64,000 bases of DNA, taken from positions 112,592,001-112,656,000 of the forward strand of contig OZ024743.1 in the NCBI GenBank assembly GCA_964016885.1. Direction: 5' to 3'. Position 1 is the first letter of the stretch. Each line of letters begins with the position of its first letter. Positions 43,558 to 60,052 of this stretch are shown here, in pieces. This DNA is from Eledone cirrhosa (taxonomy: Eukaryota). The notes beneath the pieces are model-generated. The model did not search any database. It saw only the letters and a program-made list of their open reading frames with translations, and was not told the origin of the DNA. A program made the translations under genes and the position numbers.

Positions 43558-44067
43558 ACAATTAAATCTTTCATGGCGATGGGTGGGGCGTCGGGGTGGC
43601 TGAACCTGCCTGTAGAACAATGAGGGAGCCGGTCAAGCGTTTTCCTAACTAGCCTAATTTCATACACACTCCTTAGAATTTGCTGTATAGAATTCACTTT
43701 TAACGCTTGACCGGCTCCACCCACTCCCTCATTGTTCTACAGGCAAGTTAAGTCACCCCCACCACTCACCCACCACCATGAAAGATTTAATTCTGTTTAC
43801 AAGAAATTTTGACCAATCCTTTTGACAACCACCATCTTCCCATATAAGGAATTACCTCTTGAAAGGTTCGGCTATTTATTACCACGCTAAACATTCTAAT
43901 TTAGTCCAGAAATAGCCGTCGAAACAGCTTGAGCTTTGCCGTCGGGGTTAAACATTTTCCTATATATAATCCTTGCTCTCTTTGCTCTCCTTTTCTCATT
44001 GCTCTCCTTTCTCTCCTTATATATATAGGAGGGAGTTATAGTTCACTTGAAGCATTGTGTAATGAGG

Positions 44068-44478
44068 TATAAACGTTTGTATATGTATAATAAAGCCAAA
44101 ACAATGCAGGTATGGACATAGAATAAAGATGCAAATGCAAAAGATATTGTTGACAATTAGTCTTTTACCTTAGATTTATTTAAATGTCCTTAATTTTCGA
44201 GATAATATCTCTTCTTCGGAGGGAAGTAAAGCGGTTAAACCAGTGTTCTAAATAGCTTGCCAAGTCATGCTGACAGGAAAAGCTATTTATTGGCAAGCTA
44301 TTTAGAACATTGGTTTAACCGCTTTACTTCCCTCCGAAGAAGAGATATTATCTCGAAAATTAAGGACATTTAAATAAATCTAAGGTAAAAGACTAATTGT
44401 CAACAATATCTTTTGCATTTGCATCTTTATTCTATGTCCATACCTGCATTGTTTTGGCTTTATTATACATATACAAAC

Positions 44479-44485
<7 letters not shown>
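44068..44485. repeat. Near-perfect palindrome (about 195-bp arms, about 26-bp spacer), each arm with a C4 hammerhead-like motif
   Basis: 44068-44263 is the reverse complement of 44290-44485; cct-CCGAAGA-a gagat att atctc-GAAA-at-TA-agg at 44331-44365 (+) and 44188-44222 (-). Confidence 0.85.
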
Positions 44486-44522
<37 letters not shown>

Positions 44523-44758
44523 AGAGAGTCTCTTTAAAAAGGGTATTTAATGCGTTGATTAAGTGTTTCATTCATATAAAATCATCTACAGTTCTAGTCT
44601 TGTAGGTGTCATTTCTATATAAAAAGAAGATATAAAAATATATACTTTCAGACATGCATATACATACAGGCATACATTTATGTAGGTATACACATATACC
44701 CATGAACACACATTAATTTTAAACCAATCTATTAATGCGAGGAGAACAAGTTTATCTA

Positions 44759-44980
44759 CAGGGTGGGCCAGAATTTATGACTCACTTGATTATTTATAGA
44801 TCTATTAATACAAAATGTTATAAAGCAAGTTAAGGAACATAATAAATACCATATACAGGCATAAGATCATGAACAAGACACGGTAAGCACACAAATGTAT
44901 ATATTTAATTAATGCGCATAAAAAAACTATGTTAAGAGGAATATAACGAAAAAGCGAGTCAGGAATTCTGGCCCACCTTG
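44759..44980. mobile_element. Tc1/mariner-type MITE
   Basis: TA-CAGGGTGGGCCAGAATTTATGACTCACTT ... AAGCGAGTCAGGAATTCTGGCCCACCTTG-TA: about 29-bp imperfect TIRs and TA duplication. Confidence 0.8.
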
Positions 44981-45267
44981 TAGTTAAGTATTTATACGCG
45001 AGACAAATTATTCAGTGAAAATTCTATCAATGCGCTTGAAGATGTATGCCTTTGTAGGAAATTATTCGCTTGCCAATATGTTTCGACTTTTAACCAATAT
45101 ATTCTGAGTATAGTGTTAAGAATTACCGCAATATCTCTATATATCTGTCCGTCTATATATCTATCTATGTTTTCCTCTATATACTTATCGAACCACCTTC
45201 TTTACCTATATATTTCATCCTATCTATCTTTCTAATACTCGATCACCGTCTCCCTCCCTAACTCTAT

Positions 45268-45308
<41 letters not shown>

Positions 45309-45309
45309 C

Positions 45310-45380
<71 letters not shown>

Positions 45381-45381
45381 C

Positions 45382-45434
<53 letters not shown>

Positions 45435-45647
45435 TTCTCTTGCTCTCTCTCTCTCTCTTTCTCTCTCGATATCTCGATCTCTCTCGACTTCCTCTCACAT
45501 TCCTGCTGTATGACATTGTTTGTTGTATATATCCTTCTCTTTATATTTCTCGATCCTTCTATTAGTCTTATCTATTCGACAATATATTTATCGACCCAAC
45601 ACACAGTCTGCCTGCATGTCTGCTCATGTATCAATGTATGTAGTATG

Positions 45648-45722
<75 letters not shown>

Positions 45723-46004
45723 ATGTCTTTGTATGTATGGATAGATGGATGCATGGAAGTTCATATTGAATGTATGTATGTGTGTATTTATGTATGTATG
45801 TATGTATGAATGTATGCATGTATGTATATGTATGTCTGAATGTATGAATGTAAGTATGTAAGTATGTATGTATGTCTGAATGTATGAATGTAAGTATGTA
45901 AGTATGTATGTATGTATGGATGTATCTTATATCTATTTCTCTTCATATATCGTTATTTCAATTCAACTAATGGACTCATACACACTCACACATCCACACG
46001 TACT

Positions 46005-46123
<119 letters not shown>

Positions 46124-46390
46124 TACAAAGTACTATCATTTACACATGGATCTATTGAACGTATGAAACCAAATTTGGAGATAACAGCTGTAAAAATAGA
46201 AGTTCATATATTTGTGACATTTATTATCTTCGTTTGAGGTTCCTGTTGCGGGTCAAGCGAAATAAGTCAAAGCCATTTTTAAGGATGCATTCCTTTTACC
46301 TATTCATACAAATTGCCCAGGAACCACCACAGTATTAACACTATGCCGCTGACATCGACTTTGACAATTGTTTTGAAAGGCAGAGAGAGA

Positions 46391-46495
<105 letters not shown>

Positions 46496-46629
46496 GGGGG
46501 GAATGGAAAGTGAAAGAAAGCTAAATTTAAAATGAAGAATTGGATGCAGAGAGATTTTGAAACAGAAACAGAGATCGAGGAAAAGAAAAGTTGAAGCTGT
46601 TACTGAAATAGATTAGAGAAAGCGTGTTG

Positions 46630-46676
<47 letters not shown>

Positions 46677-48034
46677 GGGGGGTAGAAAGAGGGGACGGGA
46701 GAGAGGGGGGAAGGATATAAATGTTCGCTCTAACATAGCTGTATACATGTTCCAATAATATACGATATGTTTACGAATAAATATCTGAAAGCCTTTCACT
46801 GTGAATTTTAAAGGTGATGAGAGGTGCCATCTACCTTGTTCCAGCAGAAACAAGGGGAAAACCAACCAATAGCTGTTTCTGGCTGTGTGGCCGTTGTCAA
46901 GGTTACGCACACCATGCTGGCCTCATGCTGGAACTCAAATAAGCCGCAGATATATAGTTTTAACGTTTATGTATATTGGCTGAGTAGCCACACATGCATA
47001 CGGAACGGAGATTTTGGTAAGCTCAGCCCTAATAGTTTATTTTTTAAGGAAAGAATATGATTTTTCCATAGCACGAATTTCTTCTTTTTGCTGCACATAA
47101 TGACGTACTTCTCCTTGCATACATTTCGCTCATCACAAGAGAACATCCTCACGCACGAACGTTATGTCTTTTTGAAATATTTATTTCTGCGTCTACAGAA
47201 TGATTTTTCTCAGTTTCAGATGATCCAGCATAGGGTGAAAGAAGAAATTTATTGCTTGAACTTTTAATATGTATTAATAATAAATAAATATATAAAGACG
47301 AGTAGAATAGTAACAGCGCTCAACTTAATGGCTGAAGACAGCATAAAGAAAAAATACACAAACAGCAAAACAGCAAACAATACAAATCGACACATACACA
47401 AAACACAGGTAGACGTGACAAACACAAAAGCACATTATCATTGAGGGGTCACAGAATGTGATACAAAAGAACTTTGATAAACAAATGAATAAAGAACAAT
47501 AAAGATAAAGGGAAAATTATATGGTACGTGCGTTTCTTTCTATTGGCAATATTGGGAACATGACCATCCCCAAAATTAAAAATAATGAGTGCCTCATTAA
47601 GGCACAGCAGAGTTGACACACTATGGAATTTACGAGCTTGAGTGACACAGTATGGAAATATGTAAATAGGATGTCGCAGTAAGGCAATGTGGAGATAGGA
47701 TGACAAAATACGGTACAACGCTGCTAGGGTGCCGCACTATGGCACAGTGGAGCTTGGGTGGCACAGTATGGAATTGGGTAGTTTGAGTGTCAGAGTATGG
47801 CAATATGGAACTAGGAGGTTGCAGTATGGCAATGGGAAGATTGGTTTGAAAAATACGGCACTTCGGAAAACAACAACAAAAACAATTAAAATCCTCAAAA
47901 GAACAGTTTTTGAACCCTGAAAGAGTATATAATATATAATTCGTCGGGAAATGGGAAAACCCGGCGCAAGGGGGCTGTTAAGTGCAAAATGCCGTCAAAA
48001 CGCATTGGGTATAATTTTTACTTCAAAGGACAGA

Positions 48035-48161
<127 letters not shown>

Positions 48162-48344
48162 GTGTGTGTGTGTACATACAATTAGAATTTAGCTTCGAAT
48201 ATAGCTGTATACAAATATGTATTTGAATTTCGTATTTTTAAAGAAATACGGTATGTTTGTAAATAAACATTTAGAGAGCCATAGCTATGAATAACACTGG
48301 CAGCCAAAGCCACCAAGCGATGTTCGGCAGAAGCAGGGGAGACA

Positions 48345-48388
48345 ATCGTCGATGCATTTCGAACTCAACTGGTTCTCGTCACAATGAT
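48345..48388 (-). ncRNA. Degenerate minimal hammerhead (C3 mutated to G)
   Basis: atcatt-GTGACGA-gaac cagttga gttc-GAAA-tgca-TC-gacgat; its 3' flank 48184-48296 is duplicated at 48525-48628. Confidence 0.55.
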
Positions 48389-48636
48389 CTCTGCCGCTCT
48401 TGCACCTGTCAAACTTTGAAAACAGGCGAAAATATATAGTTGGTTCGTCTGTGTAAATGAGGTGATTAATCTCATTTGCATATGAAGCTGTATAAGTTGG
48501 CTTAACTTAAAATAGAATAGAATCAGAATTTAGCTTCGAATATAGGTATATGTATTTGAGTTTCTTATTTCTAAAGAAATATGGTATGTTTATAAATAAA
48601 CATTTAGAAGCCATGGTTATGAATAACATGTATATG

Positions 48637-48682
<46 letters not shown>

Positions 48683-48689
<7 letters not shown>

Positions 48690-50066
48690 AATGAATAATA
48701 ACAGGTAGACATCATAAAAAGGTAATTTATTCCGTGTGCTTACAAATGTTTCCACGGTGGTAATACATCCTAGTTATGCTATGTGCAAATTTACAACTAT
48801 TTGCAGAACTCAAATATCAAATGCTGTGACCACTGTATCCTCAGAGCAGAATAGTTAAAATGTACAATGTAAATGGTAACAGATGGGCAGAACGTAATAT
48901 CTGCCTCCCAACCACTAAATGGGAGACGGGTATTACACAACCCACCTGTACTGCTATCACAACCTATCCACAACAAAGAATGTAACTGCCATCTACCTGA
49001 AAGATGCCCATTGAAGAATGAATGCCTAAAGTCCAACATTGTTTACCAATGCACGGTTGAATCGAACGACCAGAAATGGTATTATATCGGATCTACCACC
49101 ACCTCGTTTAAATCTCGCTGGTACCGTCATCGATTCTCAATCAAACATCCTGATCACCGTTTTGTGACCACGCTCGCCAACAAGACCTGGCAACTCCGTG
49201 AACGCAACCAACAGTTCACCTTAAAATAGGATATACTTTCCAGCGCAAGTGCATACCGGAGTGGATTGAAGTACTGTAGATTATGTAACCTTGAACTCTT
49301 TTACATATTAAAATCCAAAAACAAACTACTTAACGATAGAATCGAACGATCATTATACTGCAACCACAAACTAAAAGCTAAATTCTCTCACTATAAAATA
49401 ACTTAACATTCGAACCCGTAACTATAACATCGCTTTCTAGCTAACCACCTTCTCTTCCCCCACACTACAAGACAATACACTGCTTATCACTATAAATGGT
49501 AACTCAGTGCAATTCTCAGATTACTACTACGAACCCTAAGTTCACCCACCACATAGCTTTCGTCTGTCCCCTCTCTATCTCTCCCTCTATATCCATTCCA
49601 CTCTCTCTCTCGCCTTTGGCCTGCCTCCCTCACTCTCCACATCTATGAACCTGCCCGCTGGGGCAATAAATAATTCCGACCTTGACTATCAACGCATCTC
49701 TCTAAAAGTAACCAGTATAATAAAACCCCTACGATAACATTTTGATTAAGATATCTACAAACCACTCTCTCCTATTTCTCCAACCCCTGCATATCTTTCT
49801 CTCTCTCTCCCTCTCCCCTACTTTTCTCTCTTCCTTTTCTACTCTATCTTCTCCAATAACCCCACTTAAGGGTATTTACATTGTACATTTTAACCATTCT
49901 GCTCTGAGGATACAGTGGTCACAGCATTTGATATTTGAGTTCTGCAAATAGTTGTAAATTTGCACATAGCATAACTAGGCTGTATTACCACCGTGGAAAC
50001 ATTTGTAAGCACACGGAATAAATTACCTTTTTATGATGTCTACCTGTTATTATTCATTCTTTATAT
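48683..50066 (+). mobile_element. 5'-truncated Penelope-like element: inverted pLTR, GIY-YIG fragment, pLTR
   Basis: 48683-48874 is the reverse complement of 49874-50066; between them CNCHLPERCPL...NIVYQCTV...YYIGST...CRLC (48874-49406, one stop). Confidence 0.9.
49900..50011 (+). ncRNA. Type-I hammerhead with large loop II in pLTR (inverted copy 48737-48848, -)
   Basis: tgct-CTGAGGA-tacagtggt...accaccgtg-GAAA-catttg-TA-agca; stem II pairs at 8 of 9 positions. Confidence 0.75.
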
Positions 50067-51191
50067 ACACTCCGGAATACAGAAGGATCAGGAACTAAGT
50101 TTCTTCAACAATTCTTCCATAACTCGTAGAGTAACCTCTCACCGTACGTCAACCATATCCAGTGTAGTAATTAACCATTACTACATCTAGGATAATCCTA
50201 TACCTAATATATATATATATATATATATTAATATGTGTAGAAGTAAACACAGTAAACCTATGTCTAAAATTACGAGGGTAGATTACACCACAAATGTTAT
50301 ATATCATTCAACCCGAATCAAGATTTCTTACAAGATTTCTCATACATACCATATAACCATTTCATCTCCCGGACAGACTAAATATTTAATCCCTTTCGCC
50401 CTGAATGAATCGTGTTTGTAACAAGTAATCCGTAGGCATTTCGTCAGCGAGAGATAAGACTAAATGTTACATAACACCTATAACAATAAACTCACTAAAG
50501 TTTACACCTCGTGCGTTGAAAGTCATATGCGGTGCGAGTGGTTATGCTAGAAATAATTTAATTGTATATATATATATATATGAATAAATGTACGAGTAAA
50601 GTTTGTTTGTGTAGATAAGTGTACAAACAAAAATAAAACAAGTAAGATTGTTTACGAAAGTATTTTTCAACATGGTGCTTGTAGGTTACAGTAATAGTCG
50701 ATTAAGAGGGGTCAGATTATAGTATCCAGGTGGAAGATCATGGAGTAATATATTTTTAAATGTACAGGGAAAACAAACACTAGGCGTGAAGTATAGAAAA
50801 AAGTGAAGAATTTTATCAAAAGTTCGTTCTTTTACATATGTTTCAATACAATATAAGTCTACATAATACTGGTTGTATAATAATATTATTATTATGCCCA
50901 TTCATTAGCAATACATTAAATATTGCATTTCTTCAGAAAGATTTCAAAGTACGAGGTAAGTTTGTGGTATCTTGCAGTGAAGATATTTCTACTGCTATCT
51001 TCTGTAAATAAAAGGCAACTGGACTAAGAGGAGAGGTAGAAAAGATATAATTTGGAGGGACAGAATGAATGGGAAATAAGTCATAAAGAATAATAATAAA
51101 TAATAAAGAGATAAAAAAATAAAAACTTAGCTATGAAAAAAATAATGAGATAGAATAAAGACAAAAAAAAAACTAAGCAAGGAACCATGGT

Positions 51192-51640
51192 GGCGTGTTG
51201 GTTTAATGGTAACACATAGGTCCGGCAAACCAAAGACGTGGCTTCGTGTCCCATGTTCGTCAATACTCATCCTTTTTTCAATTCAGGGTGTTTTTATTTA
51301 AATCCCAATAGATTAATTCTATTTAGTCAAATATGGCGTAAGCACATGTTACTACCTAATTTTCTAATTCGCTAGCCATTTGTAAACAAAGCCTGCTTTG
51401 TATTTCCTTATTTATATACTTATATATACCTGGTATGGTTATATAGCTTCTAATTGAATTAAAGGAAGGATGGGTGGCGTGTTGGTATAATGGTAACACA
51501 TTGGCCCGGCAAACCAAAGATGTGGATTCGTGCCACATATACGTCAATATCCATCCTTGTTTTCATTCAGATGGTTTTATTTTTAAATCCCAACTAGCAG
51601 ACTACTTCTATTTAGTCAAATACGGCGTATGCACATTAAG
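51192..51640 (+). repeat. Two copies of a tRNA-like head (51192-51262, 51476-51546), each with a shared tail of about 85 bp
   Basis: GGCGTGTTGGT.TAATGGTAACAC...GG.TTCGTG.C.CAT.T.CGTCA gives an imperfect cloverleaf; shared tail suggests a SINE or tRNA pseudogene duplication. Confidence 0.55.
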
Positions 51641-52354
51641 GTGGCCCTTAGCAATAGGTAATTTTTCGAAGTTAACATTTTGCTGTTCCCACCCTCTAAT
51701 CATGTTCCAATCAAGAAAACCACTGGTTGTGCAAAGTTGCAGCTGAATCGGACAACTGTTAGGTGACCCTCAAACGCCTTGAAGTTGGAGCATAGTATAT
51801 GCAACAATTAATTCTGTTCAAAAGCAGTATACTGTTCCCTATCTCGACCATTTTCTTTTTTCTTCTTAGAGAAATGTTTGTGGACACATCCAGGTAGCCC
51901 CAGCAAATGTTTAAAAACGTTCTGAATCAAATTTACCAATAGTTCATTTGAAAAATTCCCGAAGAAACATGAAAAACTTAAGAAATATTAGGTTTTCTTA
52001 ATAAAGCACACAACTTCTATAAGAGAAATGCATTTCCTAGGAAAATCTGCTTCGTATCTGACGACCGTGTTGATTTCAGAGTCAGGTGTGATCACCATAT
52101 CGATCGTGCCTCGAACTGGTCGCCTGAGAAACATTTGTAATATGTCCAATAAATTCCTTTCGTCGCAACACTGATTCTCTTTTTTCTGTGATATATATAT
52201 ATATATATATATTACTCAATGCCGAGCATTCTTTTCTTTCAGCTGTCAACCACATACGGATATATGTATATTAGGATGGCCCTTAGCAATAGGTAATTTT
52301 CCGAAAGTTAACATTTTGCTACCTAAGTTAACATGTTACTACCTAATTTTTTTA

Positions 52355-52692
52355 TATTGTTATATTTAGGGAGGATCATGTTGTCCAAAAGAATAATAAA
52401 ACACCCCCACTGTTTGGTTTGGTTTTCACTTCAGTTCAGTATATCTATATATTTTTATAAATAATTTAGGTGGCAACCAAAAACAAAAAAACTTTAACGA
52501 AACATAACGGGAGGAAATCATTGAAAATGTCACAGAAAAAGCGTGTGACGAAAAAACTTTGAGAAACTTTGAGAAATTATATTTATATTTATAGATTTAA
52601 AGGTTGGTCAATAAATGATAAGCATTGATTGCCAGCTAAATTATTATTTTGACAATATTAGGACAACATGATCTCTCCCAAATATAACAATA
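52355..52692. mobile_element. MITE-like element with about 32-bp imperfect inverted termini
   Basis: TATTGTTATATTTAGGGAGGATCATGTTGTCC ... GGACAACATGATCTCTCCCAAATATAACAATA. Confidence 0.6.
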
Positions 52693-52762
52693 CCTGGGAA
52701 AAACATAGTCGGATAAATTTGCGTGTTATCTTTTTAAAATGTTATTTGACTTAGAGCTGACC

Positions 52763-54200
52763 ATAGACAGTCGATGGGTAGTCCCACAAAACAAAATGTT
52801 GTGTCAACTTCTAAGAGCTCATATCAATGTTGAGTATTGAAGCTCTGTGAAAGCAATACTATATGTAACAAAATATATCAACAAGGACAGTGACATGGCG
52901 ACCTTTGTTACTGACAATGGTGGTTGTGGTTGAGGGCAAACAGTATGAGACAGGTCGATACATCTCTAGCAATGAAGTTACCTGGTGGATCTTTTGATTT
53001 GATATCCTCTAACGCCATCCAACAGTGGTCAACCTCGCAGTCCATCTAGAAAATGGACACAGAGTGTACGTCACTGACACCACTGCTCATCGGTTGACAC
53101 AAGCACCACCTGACACTACTCTAACTGCTCTTTAAAAACTCTACCAGAATGATGAATTTGCTCAAACCCCTCCTATATGCTAATATCCCAACATACTATA
53201 CTTGAACCAATTGTAAGACCTGGAATCGAAGGAAGCGGGGTCATTTAGTGGACGGTCATGAAGCCAAGGCAAGTAATGATATTGGACGTGTTTACAATAA
53301 CCACCCTAACAACAGACAATGTTTTTCTTTACGGTTACGTCTGCATATTATTCAAGGACCAACGTCATTTGAGGATCTCAGATGCTTTGGCGGAAGAGTG
53401 TGCACAACATACCAAGAAGCATCTAAAGAGCATGGGCATTGGAAGAAAACCCTAGAAGAAGCAAGAGTCACTCGAGTAAGCAATCAAATAAGACAGTTGT
53501 TTGCTACTATACTCACAGCATGTGGAATTGATAAAGCTCATCTACTCTGGCAGGAGTACAAAACCATTATGTCGGACGATTATCTACACCAAACCCAAAG
53601 ACATCACCACAATATGTATATATATATACCTGCAGGATTTACAATCATGTTCTCTGTGACCTGTCCCATCGAGTTCAGGCAATGAATAGGATGCCAGAGG
53701 CAAATTTAGAAATGGAGATAGCACAATACGTTTTTCAGGAGACAAAGTACGATATTCAAGCATTGCGTAACTTTGTGGATAAAAATGGTGGATGACCAGA
53801 AATACGCCTACTAAAATATCATGGAAAACATTCAAAATGACAGGGGAGGACTTTTCTTCATCAATGCTCCTGCTGGCACAGGTAAGGCATTCCTCATAAA
53901 CCTCCTGCTTGCCAAAGTTCGCCAAAAGCAAAATATGTCCTTTGCCGGGACTTCAGGTGGCATTGCAGTCACACTTCTGGGTGAAGGAAGCACTGTTTAT
54001 GCGGCCCATAAACATCACATGATCTGAACAATTTTTTTGCAACATCAAGAAGAACTAACCCAAGGATTATCTTCTGCAAACATGCAAGAAGAGGATTTGG
54101 AATAAAGCCACCATGAGTCATAAACGAGCAATTGAAGCTTTGAACTAGAAAATAAGAGATCTGAGAGTAAATACTTTGCATAATGGGAGGAGTGACAAAG
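52763..54200 (+). pseudogene. Helitron RepHel fragment (end of Rep domain to Pif1-like helicase motif I), heavily decayed
   Basis: DSRWVVPQN..L...AHINVEY, KYINKDSD, LAVHLENG.RVY, IGRVY..HP, LHIIQGPTSFEDLR, QIRQLFATIL, GGLFFINAPAGTGKAFL. Confidence 0.9.
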
Positions 54201-54729
54201 ATGCATTTCTATAATATATATATATATATTATAGAAATGCATCTTTTTTCCGTTTCTTCCTCTCCACCCCCTCCTTTATCTTTCTATATATTTATATTTC
54301 ATCTTATCTCCTGGTGAAATCTAGCGTCAGAAACGTTAAATCTTTTTTGCTACTCTATCTAGCGGTAAATTAATATATAACATCATTTTAGGGTATTGTT
54401 TCCTTTGTTGTTTTCCGTTTATATTTTTTTTAATACATACATACATCACCAGGCGCAGAAAATGAATATAATAATTAATATAGCATGATCACAGCAGGGA
54501 ATTACTATTATAATTAAAGAACCTCATGCACACGTTCTTTTAAAAAGAATTGGCGTTCTTTTTGTTGCTATATTGAGCCTTGTTTCATATGTTTTGGGGT
54601 TACATTTTATTGGTAGCAGAAGTTAAGATATACGACATTTTGTGTTTCAAAACACGAGATTATATCAGGGATCTTGCAAAACAAACCAAAAAACGACGCA
54701 TATATTTACACATACAAACACTGTGTGTG

Positions 54730-57410
<2,681 letters not shown>

Positions 57411-57671
57411 TCTTTGCTGGAAGTATCGTAGGTAAAACAAAATTGGTTGATTGTGAGTCATTTATCTTTAATGTAATCATATATTTATTTGTCGTTGTAA
57501 CCTTATCTTCCTCTCTCTTAATCTAGATTCTTCCATTTCATGTATATCTACATACATTCATTCGTTCCAATAACAACGATACCTGGAAAAAAGCATTGTT
57601 TAAAAACAGAAATAAAATTCTCGTGGATATTTGTATCAATTTTATATTATTAAAGTTGTAATTTTATTTAA

Positions 57672-57887
57672 GGGCGGTGGTTTAGCAGTATCGGTAGAGC
57701 GTCACACACCATGCTTTGAAGCATAGAGTTATGTCCCTTTACCTTCTGAGTTCAAATACCGCCGAGTTTAACTTTGCTTTTCATCCTTACGAGGTCGAGA
57801 AAATAAAGCAATAGCAACATACTGGGGTCGATTTAATCGACTTTCCCCCTCCCCCAAAATTGCTGGCCTTGTGTCCATATAAGAAAC

Positions 57888-57926
<39 letters not shown>

Positions 57927-58385
57927 GGGCCGTGGTTTGGCAATATCGGTAGAGCGTCAGACACCATGCTTTGCAGCATAGAGTTATGTCCCTTTACCTT
58001 CTGAGTTCAAATACCTCCGAGTTTAACTTTGCCTTTCATCCTTACGAGGTCGATCAAATAAAGCACCAGCAACGTACTGGGGTCGATTTAATCGACTATT
58101 CCTTCCCCTTCAAATTGTTGGCCTTGTGCCTAAAGTAGAAACAATTATTATTTATATTAATATTATTATTAGTGGATTGGCAGTAACGGTAGAGCGCCAG
58201 GCGCCATGCTTTGCCGCATAGAATTATGGCCCTTTACGTTCTGTGTTCAAATCCCGCCGAGGTTAACTTTGCCTTTCATCCTTACGAGGTCGATAAAATA
58301 AAGTACCAGTCACGCACTGGGGTCGATTTTAATCGACTTTCCCCTCGGCCAAAATTGCTGGCCTTGTGCCTATATAAGGAATCAT
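57672..58385 (+). mobile_element. Three tandem full-length MetaSINE-like SINEs separated by (TTA)n tails
   Basis: Heads at 57672, 57927 and about 58171; A and B boxes; GCCTTTCATCCTTACGAGGTCGA..AAATAAAG; 3' TTGCTGGCCTTGTG. Confidence 0.85.
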
Positions 58386-59078
58386 TATTATCTGCCCAGC
58401 CCCGTGTTTATCGTAACCGCTATGCTTTTAATACAGAAATTCCCATCTTCCATTTCCTCCTACTCCTCCTTAGTATTATTATTCTTATTGTTATTGATGT
58501 TGTTGTTGTAGTTGTTGTTATTGCCGCTGTTTTGTTGTAGTTGTTGTTATTTTTTTAATTGTTTATATATATTTTCAGTCACATAAGATAATTGTAAATG
58601 ATTAAATAGGAATGTTTCGAATGAAACTACACGTCTTTCCTTTTTGTTTTCTTTTGAAATGTAAACTCAAAACACATACACAAGCACAGACATTAAACGA
58701 CACATACAGACAAATGCTCCAAAAAAGAGATAAAAACATGCGCATACACACACACAGACATGCACACAATCGAACACATATATATATAAATATGTGTGTG
58801 TGTGTGTGTGTGTCTTTGTGTGTGTGTGTCAGTGTGTTTGTGTGTACACATACACATACAAAACCCTATCCATGCCAAAGATTGTCACAATACACTTTTC
58901 TCACACCACAAGATGAAACACTAAGAATCTTTGTAATGTGTTGGAATATATCTGGTTGTGGTAAGAATTTAAAGGTTTTAATGGTTCTATACACATGTAT
59001 GCATGCATGTATGTATGTATGTATGTATGTATGTATGTATGTATGTATGTATGTATGTATGTATGTATGTATGTATGC

Positions 59079-59123
<45 letters not shown>

Positions 59124-59828
59124 TGTGTGTGCGCGTGTGTGTATGTATGTATTTATATATATATATATACATATACAAAATCACACGCAAACACATACAC
59201 ACATGTATGTATGCATGGATGGATAGACAGATGTTAGAAATAATTAGGTGTGTATGTATGTATGTTTTTATGTATGTATGAACGTACTTACTTTTGTATG
59301 ATTGCCTGTACGTTCCTATACATATAAGTATGTTCGTATTATGCATAAATGCATGTATATGTGTATGTATATATGTATCTATGTATATGTGCATGTATGT
59401 ATGTATGTAAACTAGTTTAGAAATGAATGAACAAGTTGCAGCTGTATAAGTGTTTCAATGCAACAGTATTTTTTGAAAGCTATACAATGCAATACATCAC
59501 AGAACACAAAATAATTCTCGATGCGAAAACGTTAATAAACATTTTTAAAGTCTGCATAATTCCCTACAAAGATAAACCATTAATGATGACAGCATCAATC
59601 ATAATACAATGACATCAGAAAATAATTACACACTTATTCTTCACATAATATAAAAATCTAACAGTTAAAAATACATATCTAATATGGATATCTACACCAG
59701 TCATATTGTAGTTAATGGTCGTGAAAATAATTGTTTGTGTTCAAGTATATATGCTGTGAAAACACATTCCGTGAGATCACATCTTACGCGGACAATTGGA
59801 CTCCCAATTCCCTGGCAGTATTGTTAGA

Positions 59829-60018
59829 GGGCGGTGGATTGGCAGTATCGGTAGAGGGTCGGACGCCATGCTTTCAAGCATAGTTACGTCCCTTTACGAT
59901 CTGAGTTCAAATCCCGCCGAGGTTGACTTTGCCTTTCATCCTTACGGGGTCGATAAAATAAAGTACCATTAATGTACTGGGTAATTGCTGGCCTTGTGCC
60001 TAAAGTAGAAACAATTAT

Positions 60019-60052
<34 letters not shown>

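Larger units (their letters stand above)
42622..43962. mobile_element. HHR element family B, longest fold-back, left arm interrupted by a CRE insertion
   Basis: 42705-42880 plus 43570-43642 is the reverse complement of 43702-43962; (TA)n on the left, short TA run on the right. Confidence 0.85.

Noticed and set aside
52020-52180. Short stop-free stretch on the minus strand, and higher-complexity sequence at 46820-47240, as possible host exons
   Set aside because: No recognisable protein motif or convincing splice pair; RNA-seq or BLASTX would be needed
54308-54340. CTGGTGA...GAAA-cg-TT hammerhead-like remnant (similar weak cases near 25705 and 23500-23580)
   Set aside because: Core mutated and stems unpaired; too degenerate to call
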